Shown: one piece after another, positions 28,796 through 38,795 of the stretch
How the letters are laid out: every line of letters starts with the position of its first letter
How positions within the stretch are numbered: the first letter of the stretch is position 1
Assembly: GCA_965237955.1 (NCBI GenBank)
Contig: OZ250169.1
Location: 1,792,001-1,856,000, forward strand
DNA length: 64,000 nucleotides
DNA from: Candidatus Marinacidobacterales bacterium
Lineage (GTDB): Bacteria > Acidobacteriota > Vicinamibacteria > Marinacidobacterales > SMYC01
Direction of reading: 5' to 3'
Notes under the pieces: generated by a model
The model's database searches: none
What the model saw: only the letters and a program-made list of their open reading frames with translations
What the model was told of the DNA's origin: nothing
Program-made: the position numbers and the translations under genes

Positions 28796-30978
28796 GCTAG
28801 TGTGCTCCTATCACTTTCTTCCTTCTGAGAGCCGGGTCTGGCGACATCGAGCACGCCGTCCACGGCACGGATCGAGCGCGTGATGCGCTCGAGTTCCTTG
28901 ACGTTGGTGATCGAGACGGTGACGTCGATGGATCCTTTCTGGTCCTCGAACGTCTTGGCCTCGACGGTTCGGATATCGGTGTTCGTCTCCGCGATGATCG
29001 ACGTGATGTCGGCGAGGATGCCTTTACGATCCTCGACGTTGACCGAGAGGGTGATGTCGTACTTCGTACCCTTCTCAGATTCCCAGGAGACGTCGATGCG
29101 CCGCTCGGGGTCCACCATGAGGTTCAGCAGGTTGGAGCAGTTCACCGAGTGCACCGACACGCCCTTGCCGCGCGTGATGTAGCCGGTGATATTCTCGCCC
29201 GGAACGGGGTTGCAGCATTTGGCGCGGTAGACCATGAGGTCGTCCATCCCGTTGACTTTGATCTTGTCCTCGGTACCCCTTAGAACCCGCCGGACCGCTC
29301 GGGCCAAGCTTGCGCCCGCGCCAGGCTTTTCCTCGAGCTCTTCGGAGGGCACGAGCCGGGAGAGCAACTTGCGCGGTGAGACTTTGCCGTAGCCGAGAGC
29401 GGCGTAGAGATCGTCGGCCTGGGAGCAACCGTACTCTTGAAGGACTTCATCGAATTGCTCTGACTCGGTCGCGTGCTTGACGCTCACGTCCAGACGGCGA
29501 GCCTCCTTGTCGAGCAATCTCTTGCCGATCTCGATGCTTCGAAGCTTCTCGGTCGCGTTCAAGAACGTGCGGATCTTGTTGCGTGCGCGCGACGTCGCTA
29601 CGAAGCTCAACCAGTCGCGGCTCGGCTTGTGGCCGCGGTTGGTGAGCACTTCGACGATGTCACCGTTTTTGAGATGGTAGCGAAGCGGCACCATCAACCC
29701 GTTGACGCGTGAGCCCACGCACTGGTGGCCGACGTCAGTATGGATGGAGTAGGCGAAGTCGACAGGAGTCGCGCCACGCGGAAACGACTTCACGTCGCCT
29801 TTAGGCGTAAAGCAGAAGACGTCTTCTGGGTACAGGTCGACCTTCAGCTCGTTCAAGAACTCGTGGGGGTCGTCGACTTCGTGCTGCCATTCGATCATCT
29901 GGCGAAGCCACGCGAAGTTCTTGATGTCATCCTCTTCGAGGGGACGGCCTTCTTTGTATTTCCAGTGCGCAGCAATGCCTTGTTCGGCGACGCGGTCCAT
30001 TTCCGGAGTGCGGATCTGCACTTCGAACGGAACTCCGGAATCGGTGATGACACTGGTGTGGAGTGAACGGTACCCGTTCGGCCGCGGCATCGCGATGAAA
30101 TCCTTGATGCGACCTGGGACGGGACGCCACGTGTTGTGGATGATGCCCAACGTGCCGTAACAGTCTTTGACGCTGTCGGTAGTGATGCGCAACGCGATGA
30201 AGTCATACACTTGGTCGAGCTCGATCCGCTGGCGCTTCATCTTCTGGTGGATGCTGTAGATACTCTTCGTGCGTCCCTTGATCTCGGCGACGATGTCGTT
30301 TTCTTGCAGGGTTTTCTCGAGAGTGGCTTGGATCTCGTCAATGAACTCGTGCGCCCACTTTTGTTTGGCTTCCACCCGAGCGGCGAGGACACCGTAGGCC
30401 TTCGGATCGAGGTTCTTGAGACACAGCTCCTCGAGCTCGGACTTCATGCGGCCGATCCCGAGCCGGCCAGCGAGAGGTGCATAAATCTCGAGGGTCTCGT
30501 TCGCGATCCGGGCCCGCCGATCCTCGGAAAGGTGTCTGAGCGTCCGCATGTTGTGCAACCGGTCGGCGAGCTTGATGAGGATGATCCGGATGTCGTCGAC
30601 CATCGCCATGAGCATCTTGCGGAAGTTCTCGGCTTGGTGCTCCTCCACCGACGAGAAATTCATCTTGCTGATCTTGGTGAGACCGTCGATGATGTGCGCC
30701 ACTTCCTTGCCGAAGTACTCCTCGACGGTCTCGGTCGTCGTGAGCGTGTCTTCGACCACGTCGTGGAGGAGACCGCCGACGACGCTCACGACGTCGAGCT
30801 TCATCTCGGCGAGGATGTTGGCGACTTCGAGCGGGTGGATCAGATAGGGCTCGCCGGACTTTCTCAGCTGGCCTCGGTGTTCCCTGGCGGAGAAAACGTA
30901 CGCGCGGCGGAGGAGCTCGACGTCGCCATCCGGGTGGTACGCACGGACTTTCTCCAGGATATTCTCGAAGCGGATCAT
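28792..30978 (-). CDS. spoT: Bifunctional (p)ppGpp synthetase/hydrolase (long RSH)
   Basis: SGEPY..HP, LHDVVED, KLADRLHN, GR.K..YSI, NGYRSLHT, EVQIRT, TGS and ACT domains. Confidence 0.96.
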   Translation of the reverse strand: MIRFENILEKVRAYHPDGDVELLRRAYVFSAREHRGQLRKSGEPYLIHPLEVANILAEMKLDVVSVVGGLLHDVVEDTLTTTETVEEYFGKEVAHIIDGLTKISKMNFSSVEEHQAENFRKMLMAMVDDIRIILIKLADRLHNMRTLRHLSEDRRARIANETLEIYAPLAGRLGIGRMKSELEELCLKNLDPKAYGVLAARVEAKQKWAHEFIDEIQATLEKTLQENDIVAEIKGRTKSIYSIHQKMKRQRIELDQVYDFIALRITTDSVKDCYGTLGIIHNTWRPVPGRIKDFIAMPRPNGYRSLHTSVITDSGVPFEVQIRTPEMDRVAEQGIAAHWKYKEGRPLEEDDIKNFAWLRQMIEWQHEVDDPHEFLNELKVDLYPEDVFCFTPKGDVKSFPRGATPVDFAYSIHTDVGHQCVGSRVNGLMVPLRYHLKNGDIVEVLTNRGHKPSRDWLSFVATSRARNKIRTFLNATEKLRSIEIGKRLLDKEARRLDVSVKHATESEQFDEVLQEYGCSQADDLYAALGYGKVSPRKLLSRLVPSEELEEKPGAGASLARAVRRVLRGTEDKIKVNGMDDLMVYRAKCCNPVPGENITGYITRGKGVSVHSVNCSNLLNLMVDPERRIDVSWESEKGTKYDITLSVNVEDRKGILADITSIIAETNTDIRTVEAKTFEDQKGSIDVTVSITNVKELERITRSIRAVDGVLDVARPGSQKEESDRSTLA

Positions 30979-31180
30979 GGCGTCAGGAGGAAGCGCAAAC
31001 CTCTTGCTCTGAGTAGCTTACTCCCCGGTCCCATGATAGGCTTCGCCCTTCCGGGGATCAAGAGCGGAGTTCGAGGCTCGCGCCGAGCCGAATGGTTGAG
31101 TTTCTTGACTGGCGATGTCACCGCATAATATACTGCGCTCCCCAGTTGTGGAACGCCTTGAGGAAGAGGGGGTTTTGATT

Positions 31181-32230
31181 ATGAGGACCCATCGAATCGC
31201 ATTCATATTGCTAGCTTTGTTCGCACTGACGAGCTTGATGAGCTGCGGCGTCGGGAGCAAGTGGAACATGCTGAAGTCGCGGCGCGCGTTCAAGCAGGCC
31301 AACGTGGCCTACGGGCAGAAGGACTACCCGCGAGCCATCGAATTTTACAATCAGACGCTCGAGATCGATCCCGATCCGGACCCGAGAGTTCTGGTGACGA
31401 CCTATTTCTACCGAGGTAGCAGTTACCATCTCCAGTTTCGGCCGGGCCGGCCCGACGAACCCGAGAACGAGGCATATTTGGAAGCCGGCATCGAGGACTA
31501 TGAGGTGGCGCTCGAGCTGGCGCGGGAGCACGCATCTGAATACGAGATGCTGGCTCCCTATGAGCAGTACGCGATGGAACAGCTCGCCGCGATCTATCGA
31601 GACAACCTCGTTGATTTCCAGAACGCAGAGTACTACTTCAAGGCACTCATCGAGCTCGATCCCGACACCCCCGAGCGATACTACGCGCTCGCGGATGTCT
31701 ACGAGCGGTTCGACGATCCCGAAGAGATGCCGTTACTCGAGCAGGCGTTAGAGGCCTACAAGAAACCGGTCGAGATGAACCCCGACGAGCCGCTCGGGTA
31801 TCGTCAGGTGGCGAACCTTCTCAACTCGCCCAGCTACGCGCGGTTCGAAGACACGATGGACTGGCTCGGGAAGGCTCGGGACGTGGACACCGCCAATCCG
31901 GAAGGCTACTACCTGATCGCCGTTCACTACTGGGACAAGGTCTATCGGGATCCCGATCTAACGACGGGTGAGAGGGGCGACTACATCGAGCTGGGCATCG
32001 CCCAGCTCGACCAGTCGCTCGAGATCAACGATGAGTATGTCGATGCGCTGATTTACAAGAACCTACTTCTCCGCGAGAAGGCCAAAGTCAACCCGCGCGA
32101 CAAAGACGAGCTCACCGCGCAGGCGAATGAGCTCCGGGACAAGGCCATGGCGCTGCGCGAGGAGCAGGAAGAGGCGGCTCGGTCTGCAGCCGCGACTGAC
32201 GCTGAGGAGGCTCAGCAGGCGAGCCAATAA
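31181..32230 (+). CDS. TPR-repeat lipoprotein
   Basis: Lipobox LMSC followed by multiple TPR-like repeats. Confidence 0.85.
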   Translation: MRTHRIAFILLALFALTSLMSCGVGSKWNMLKSRRAFKQANVAYGQKDYPRAIEFYNQTLEIDPDPDPRVLVTTYFYRGSSYHLQFRPGRPDEPENEAYLEAGIEDYEVALELAREHASEYEMLAPYEQYAMEQLAAIYRDNLVDFQNAEYYFKALIELDPDTPERYYALADVYERFDDPEEMPLLEQALEAYKKPVEMNPDEPLGYRQVANLLNSPSYARFEDTMDWLGKARDVDTANPEGYYLIAVHYWDKVYRDPDLTTGERGDYIELGIAQLDQSLEINDEYVDALIYKNLLLREKAKVNPRDKDELTAQANELRDKAMALREEQEEAARSAAATDAEEAQQASQ

Positions 32231-32270
32231 GCACGAAGGAACCTCTCTTCTCCTCTTCGGGCGGCTCGTT

Positions 32271-32311
32271 GGGCGAGACAGTGCTTTCGGGCGCTGCCGC
32301 GCCCCTTTTTT
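32271..32311 (+). terminator. Intrinsic terminator
   Basis: GGGCG..CAGTGCT-TTCG-GGCGCTG..CGCCC followed by T6. Confidence 0.75.
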
Positions 32312-32319
32312 GTCGGGAC

Positions 32320-32409
32320 ATGACCGACTGCGTTCTCATCATCGATGACGATGAGTGCCTGGCCGCCATGTTGGCCGAATACCTCAAAGTCGAGGGGGAG
32401 CTGCGTTGA
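32320..32409 (+). pseudogene. Truncated response-regulator receiver N-terminus
   Basis: MTDCVLIIDDDECLAAMLAEYLKVEG-ELR* matches beta1-alpha1 of OmpR/CpxR receivers and then stops. Confidence 0.65.
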
Positions 32410-32412
32410 AAC

Positions 32413-33096
32413 CTAAGTCGGTGCCTTTTCCTTGATGTCGACGATGATCCAACGCGAGGCCTCGGTGCGATCGCTCTGCGGACCAGAAAGGTCGTACTTT
32501 CGAAGCGTAACCGTATAGGGCTTCTCGTCGGCATCCGGGAGTTTGAGCATGAGCAGCATTTCCGTCACCGCGACGTCTCCATCCAAGTTCTCGATGGTCA
32601 CCTGTCTGATCACTGACCTAGTGGCGAGCCTGGTTTCGGTGTCGACGGCCCGTTCGAGCTCTTGAAATTTGTGTTCCGTCGTTTTGCGCTCTTCAACCCG
32701 CTTCGACCACTCCTCTTGAATCTCACCAAGCTCTCCGCTGAACTTGAACTGTGAGTCCTGTTTCTGCTTCCGGATGATCCGATCGAGAGCTTTTCCGTTG
32801 TCCGCGAGATACACTCTGCCTTCCTCCAACGCAGCGTCTCGTTCCTTCTCGGCGGCCTCTAACCGAACGAGCAGCTCTGGCAACGTGAAAGACTCAGTCG
32901 ATTCGGAGCTGACGTCCACCACCTGCCACGACTCTGCCGGCCCGGGAGGGCTGACGGCCGACATGGCGGCAAGCGTAGCGCTGTCGTTGCTCCGGGCGGC
33001 AAGGAAGAATTGGTCGATGGTCGCTTGCTCCGGACTACCGCAGGCCCAGAGACACGCTAGGATCGCACCCACCACCCATTCTCTGTGGTTCGTCAT
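32413..33096 (-). CDS. Hypothetical lipoprotein with a coiled-coil insert
   Basis: GGAGG RBS, lipobox LWAC, central helical charged region. Confidence 0.75.
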   Translation of the reverse strand: MTNHREWVVGAILACLWACGSPEQATIDQFFLAARSNDSATLAAMSAVSPPGPAESWQVVDVSSESTESFTLPELLVRLEAAEKERDAALEEGRVYLADNGKALDRIIRKQKQDSQFKFSGELGEIQEEWSKRVEERKTTEHKFQELERAVDTETRLATRSVIRQVTIENLDGDVAVTEMLLMLKLPDADEKPYTVTLRKYDLSGPQSDRTEASRWIIVDIKEKAPT

Positions 33097-33208
33097 CGGA
33101 TCCTCCTTTGGAAAAGCAGACAGAAGCTTGTCCCACGAGCTGGAATTATAGTCCCGATCGGTTAAAAAGGAAAAGCCTCCCAACCGAACTGGTGCGGGGG
33201 ATTATTAG

Positions 33209-34924
33209 GGTTCTCCTGTCGTTTCGGGGGATCTGATTTGTGTTGGAGGGCATGGCCTATGGACGCTGCCGCGATTGTGGAAAACGCCGGAAACTCCGGG
33301 CGAGAGAGGCGTTTAGGGAAAGGTTGTGAGCACGTACAAACGTGGAGCGGCGTTTTCCACAATCGCTTGGAAAACGCTTCGCGTTTCCCACGAGCGCCCA
33401 CAGGCCCCTCCTGATATATATACAAGAAAGATTAATTCATATGGGATAAGGAAGGGGGGGCTCGATTAGTGGAGGCTATGGAAAACGCCCTTCCAGGCTT
33501 CGAAGAGAACTCAGTCGTGAGCAAGGTCTGAACGACCAGAACCGTGGGGGCGTTTCCCACAGCCTCGTCTCCCGCTGAGGGGCAGTGGCATTTGGTGAGG
33601 CCCGTGGGTTGAGAGGGTAAGCCATGTGTAGATGCGCATCGGCGAGAACGCTAGAATCTTTTTTTCCGAAAGAGAAAAGAGCGTTCCCGCGATGCGCGTT
33701 ACTACGTTAGTCAACAAGCTCATCGGATTGCAAGGCCTGTGGGTCCGAGGTTTCCACTTCCAGGCGGACAAAGCCAGAGTGGTGGTGGATGTAGTACCAC
33801 GGAGGAGGAAGCCTCTGTGCGGGATTTGCGGACGAAAGGTCCGCAAGAACAAAGATCGCTACAATCGCTACTGGCGGCACTTGGACCTGTTCGGAGTCCG
33901 GACCTATCTTCGCTACTCGATCCGACGAGTGGTATGTCGGCGGTGTGGAGTGGTCAGAGAAAAGGTGCCTTGGGCCGACAAGGGAAGCCGCTTTACCAAA
34001 AGCTTCGAACAAGAGGTAGCGTGGCTGGCACAGAGGACGGACGTCAGCGCCGTAGCGAACTATTTCCGAGTGACGTGGCGTTCGGTGCGACGGATCATCC
34101 AGCGAGTGGTTGCCGAGCAGCGGGATGAGCGGCGCGAGCTCGATGGATTGCGGGTGATTGGGATGGACGAGATCAGCTACCGCAAACGCCACAAGTACTT
34201 AACAGTGGTAATAGACCATCTCAGCGGCCGGGTCGTCTGGGCGGGAAAGGAGCGCAAGGCCAAGACGCTGCTGCGGTTTTTCCGCAAGCTCGGACCACAA
34301 AGAGCCGCGGAGCTCGAAGCGGTCAGCATGGACATGTGGGAGCCGTACAGAACTGTCGTCGGCAAAAAGGCTCCTCAGGCACGGGTGATCTTTGACCGCT
34401 TCCACATCGTCAAGCATCTGAACGAGGCCGTGGATAAGACCCGGCGCGAGCTGGTGCGCGAGCTCAAAGGGACTGCCCGGCGCAACCTCAAGAACACCAA
34501 GTTTCCCCTTCTCAAGGCCAAACACAACCGCAGCGCGAAAGACAAACGGGTGCTCCGCGAGCAGGTGCGAGCTAATCGTCGCCTCTACCGCGCCATGCTT
34601 CTGCGCGACAACTTCATGGACCTCTACACCTACAAAACCGAGACATGGGCCAAGAAGTTTCTCCGAGGATGGCTGCGGCGCGCTATGAGCTCGAGGATAG
34701 AGCCCGTCAAACGCGCGGCGAAGATGAGCAGCCACTTCGATGGCGTCATCGCGTGGGTCACGTGGAGACTCAGCAACGGCCGACTCGAAGGAATGAACAA
34801 CAAAATCAGGCTGCTGAGCCACCGCAGCTTTGGACTCCACTCTGCCGAAGCTCTCATCAGTCTCGTCTACCTAAACTGTGGCGGTCTCACCCTCGAGAGG
34901 ATCCACTGAAATGGCAGGAGAGGC
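33209..34924 (+). mobile_element. ISL3-family insertion sequence
   Basis: 8-bp direct repeat ATTATTAG at 33201-33208 and 34925-34932; imperfect 24-bp terminal IRs (18/24). Confidence 0.92.
33692..34909 (+). CDS. ISL3-family transposase
   Basis: CxxC zinc finger, GMDE, SMDMW.PY, FDRFHI and EGMNNKI motifs. Confidence 0.95.
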   Translation: MRVTTLVNKLIGLQGLWVRGFHFQADKARVVVDVVPRRRKPLCGICGRKVRKNKDRYNRYWRHLDLFGVRTYLRYSIRRVVCRRCGVVREKVPWADKGSRFTKSFEQEVAWLAQRTDVSAVANYFRVTWRSVRRIIQRVVAEQRDERRELDGLRVIGMDEISYRKRHKYLTVVIDHLSGRVVWAGKERKAKTLLRFFRKLGPQRAAELEAVSMDMWEPYRTVVGKKAPQARVIFDRFHIVKHLNEAVDKTRRELVRELKGTARRNLKNTKFPLLKAKHNRSAKDKRVLREQVRANRRLYRAMLLRDNFMDLYTYKTETWAKKFLRGWLRRAMSSRIEPVKRAAKMSSHFDGVIAWVTWRLSNGRLEGMNNKIRLLSHRSFGLHSAEALISLVYLNCGGLTLERIH

Positions 34925-34982
34925 ATTATTAGAAACAGAGCGCTGAGAGGCGGCGGACGCCACCTCCCAGCGAAGACCGAAT

Positions 34983-35429
34983 CTAAGGGCTACCGCCGCG
35001 GCCCGCGGGCGCGTACGGATCCGGCGGAACGATGCCGACACGTTCGACACCGTTGCCGCGCGCCACATCCAATATCGCGACGACCTCTCCGTACTTCAGC
35101 GTAGGCGCTGCCCGCAAGAAGATCGTCTTGTCCGCGCGCGTCTCGAAGATGTCGCGTATGCGAAGGGGTAACTCATCCCTAGTGACCGGCTGCTTGTTGA
35201 TGGTCACCTGGCCTCCCGCGTCGATATCGAGCACGAGCTGGTTCGGATCGGGTTCTTGGTTCTCCTGGAGGTCATCGGCCGATTCCGGCAGCTCCACGTC
35301 GTGGCCCGCCTGGGTGAGTGGCGTCACCACCATGAAGATGATGAGCAGCACCAACATGACGTCGATAACCGGCGTCACGTTGATGTCCTTCATCGCGCCT
35401 TCGCTACCTGCAGCTTGTGACATTCCCAT
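34983..35429 (-). CDS. exbD: ExbD/TolR-family protein
   Basis: INVTPVIDVMLVLLIIFMV motif. Confidence 0.92.
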   Translation of the reverse strand: MGMSQAAGSEGAMKDINVTPVIDVMLVLLIIFMVVTPLTQAGHDVELPESADDLQENQEPDPNQLVLDIDAGGQVTINKQPVTRDELPLRIRDIFETRADKTIFLRAAPTLKYGEVVAILDVARGNGVERVGIVPPDPYAPAGRGGSP

Positions 35430-35464
35430 AAGAGTGCTCCTTGTAAATCGTCCGAAACGACTGC

Positions 35465-35875
35465 TTAGCCTGTTTTTTTCTCCGTGATCAGGCCGATTTC
35501 GTCAGCGCCGCCGTCGCGGCAAAGCTCCATTACCCGCATGACGTCGCGGTACTCCAAGCCCTCGTCTGCTTTGAGAAAGAGGATCTTCTCCGCCTTTCCT
35601 TCGAATGCCTCCGAAAGCTTGGTGACGAGCTCCGCTTCCGCTATCGGTACCAGGTTGAGGTAGATGGCATTGTCCAACCGGATGGCCACGTTGACGACAT
35701 CTTCGCTGTCCGGCTTGTCGCGAGAAAATTGCGCTTCCGGCAGCTTCACGTCGACACCTTTTTGGAGCAGCGGGGTGATGACCATGAAGATGATGAGCAG
35801 CACCAGCATGACGTCGGCGAGCGGCGTCACATTGATGTTGCTATTGAGTTGGGTCGTGGCTGTGTTCGTTCCCAT
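35465..35875 (-). CDS. exbD: ExbD/TolR-family protein
   Basis: INVTPLADVMLVLLIIFMV motif. Confidence 0.92.
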   Translation of the reverse strand: MGTNTATTQLNSNINVTPLADVMLVLLIIFMVITPLLQKGVDVKLPEAQFSRDKPDSEDVVNVAIRLDNAIYLNLVPIAEAELVTKLSEAFEGKAEKILFLKADEGLEYRDVMRVMELCRDGGADEIGLITEKKTG

Positions 35876-35912
35876 AGCCGTGTCTCCTTAGTAGATAAAC
35901 AACGACGACAGC

Positions 35913-36593
35913 CTAGTTGCTAACCGTCTTCTTGGCCATGTAGTCGATGAGCTCAGAGGCGCTGTTGTCCATCTCCACGGTGAAGCCTTCCACGCGCGCG
36001 ATGAGGTAGTTGAACGCCCACACGGCCGGGATGGCCACGAAAAGCCCGAACGCCGTCGCCACGAGAGCCTCCGCGATTCCGGCCGAGACCGCGCCGATAC
36101 CGCCGGAGCCCGTGAGAGCCATGCCGCGGAAAGCGTTGATGATGCCGGCAACCGTTCCGAACAGTCCCACGAACACGGCGGTCGCACCCACCGTGGCGAG
36201 GCCCGAGAGGCCGCGCTTGAGATCGGTGAGGTTCAGCGCGGTCGCGCGCTCGATGGCCCGGTGTGCCGCTTCCATCATGTCGGAACGGCTGCCTTCACCG
36301 CTCTCCTTCTGGTACTGGTATTCCTGGAGACCGGCGAGAAGAACTTTGGCCAAGTGGCTGTTCTTCACGTCCTTTTGGCTCGAAGACTTGATGGCTTCTT
36401 GAATCTTGCCGTCCTTCAGGAGCTTCGCCACCCTGGGTGCATAAGCTCGGGACTGCTTCTTGGCCTTGCGGAACGTCATGTACCGCTCGATCATCACGCT
36501 CAAGGAATAAATGGACATGAGCAACAGCGTGAAGTTCACAGCCCTCGCGGTGAATCCCATGTGCTGCCAAATATCGATTAAGCTGAACGACAT
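35913..36593 (-). CDS. exbB: MotA/TolQ/ExbB proton channel
   Basis: FVGLFGTV.GI and GIAEALVATAFGLFVAIPA motifs. Confidence 0.93.
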   Translation of the reverse strand: MSFSLIDIWQHMGFTARAVNFTLLLMSIYSLSVMIERYMTFRKAKKQSRAYAPRVAKLLKDGKIQEAIKSSSQKDVKNSHLAKVLLAGLQEYQYQKESGEGSRSDMMEAAHRAIERATALNLTDLKRGLSGLATVGATAVFVGLFGTVAGIINAFRGMALTGSGGIGAVSAGIAEALVATAFGLFVAIPAVWAFNYLIARVEGFTVEMDNSASELIDYMAKKTVSN

Positions 36594-36707
36594 TATTTCC
36601 TCCTGTTTGCCCTTTGGCTTAGTGCTTTGACTTTTGAACCGCCACGTTGGTGGGGCCACGTGGTGATGAACTGGACATCGAAAAACTCGGCGAAAAACTC
36701 AATTCGA

Positions 36708-37448
<741 letters not shown>

Positions 37449-37781
37449 GGCGTTCGGCGCTCCTTTCGAGAGATTATGAACGACTCTGATTAAATGTATA
37501 GGCTCGCTCTAATCCGTATCGTACTCACACCAAGCGAGATATGAGCGATATCCCATCTTGGTTAAAGCCCTTAGACACCTGACGCCGCAAAAGGTTCCTG
37601 TCGGATCGGAGAGAACATGAACGCTACGGTCCCGCGAACCAGCCACGGCGTCGGGCAGCTCGCACACCTCCCGCATGTCAATGGCATGCGACGGGTGCGG
37701 CATGGATAATGTGAAGCCCAATCCATTGTCAGATAATTAAGACAGCGGCTTGGAGGAGCCACTGCCCCATTCGAGCGGGCT

Positions 37782-37810
37782 ATACTAATCCTCAGTTTGC
37801 GGGCTGTCAA
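37782..37810 (-). promoter_or_regulatory. sigma70-like promoter for tonB-exbB-exbD-exbD
   Basis: TTGACA-N17-TAGTAT about 330 nt upstream of the tonB start. Confidence 0.5.
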
Positions 37811-37834
37811 GCATTTACCCGTGGCAGCTGGTGA

Positions 37835-37891
37835 CCCAGCTTCGCCGTTGGCTTCGGCGGGCCAGCCGAAGCTTTGAGCGAAGGCTGGCTG
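37835..37891. repeat. REP-like palindromic unit, left copy flanking the second tonB
   Basis: 57 bp, 48/57 identical to 38724-38780. Confidence 0.8.
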
Positions 37892-37901
37892 GCAGCTTCA
37901 G

Positions 37902-38660
37902 CTAATACAAGTTAAACCTGACGACTAGGTCGCTCAGGCAAGGGATGGGGCGGCCGTTCTTCATCGCTGGCTCGAAGCGCCAGCTCGATTCCACGGTGCG
38001 GATTGCCGCGTCGTCGAGCTCGGGAATGGAGCGGAGTATCTCGAGGACGTGGACTTTCCCTTGCTCGTCGATCACGACACGCAATTTCACGGAGCCTTTG
38101 ACGTTTTGCCGGATCGCTTCTACGGTGTAGCTCGGCAGGGGCATACGGAGAGGCCTCGGTTGGACATCGGGAGTAGGGAATTTGCCGGTGCCACCGATGA
38201 CGCCGCCTACGAGGCCGCCCGGGACGCCACCGACCACGCCGCCCGGCATCCTGCCGCCTATCCCGTTAATGTCACCGTCGTCGAAACCGTTTTCGACACC
38301 GATCGGGATATCGCTCATCGGGAGCGTGGCGGTGAGCATCTCGACGGGGATCACGAAGGTCGGCGTCGGGACGAACGTCCTGGCATCGGGGTCCACGGGG
38401 CGAGGGGCCGCTCGTGAGCTTTGCTCGAGCGATACACCTCGACGCAAAGCGGGCGGAGGCGGTGGCGCGAATTGAAGAAACGTCGTCGACGGGGCGTTGG
38501 GCGTCAAGTGCTCCGGCACGGAGAACAACGACATGACGGTGATTGCCGCGAGGGCGAAACCATGGGCGGCGAATCCGAGCGGCCCACTCAGCCCGTATCG
38601 CAGGCGCGCTCCGTCTCGACCCGCGGACAGCGTGTCAGAGAAAAAGCTCGGCTCCGGCAT
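37902..38660 (-). CDS. tonB: Second TonB-family protein
   Basis: AAGGAGG RBS, TM segment, PPPPP, GGVVGGVPGG and TonB C-terminal domain. Confidence 0.88.
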   Translation of the reverse strand: MPEPSFFSDTLSAGRDGARLRYGLSGPLGFAAHGFALAAITVMSLFSVPEHLTPNAPSTTFLQFAPPPPPALRRGVSLEQSSRAAPRPVDPDARTFVPTPTFVIPVEMLTATLPMSDIPIGVENGFDDGDINGIGGRMPGGVVGGVPGGLVGGVIGGTGKFPTPDVQPRPLRMPLPSYTVEAIRQNVKGSVKLRVVIDEQGKVHVLEILRSIPELDDAAIRTVESSWRFEPAMKNGRPIPCLSDLVVRFNLY

Positions 38661-38694
38661 GGGCCCCTCCTTGGGCCATTGTACCGCCATCGGT

Positions 38695-38780
38695 CCGCCT
38701 CCGCGCCAGAAGGCTACGGCGGACCCGCCTTCGCCCTTGGCTTCGGCGCGCCAGCCGTAGCTGCACGCGAAGGCTGGCTG
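38695..38780. repeat. REP-like palindromic units, right copy
   Basis: CCGCCTCCGCGCC..GGCTACGGCGG followed by the 57-bp unit. Confidence 0.8.
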
Positions 38781-38795
38781 AGAGCTGGAAGCCGG

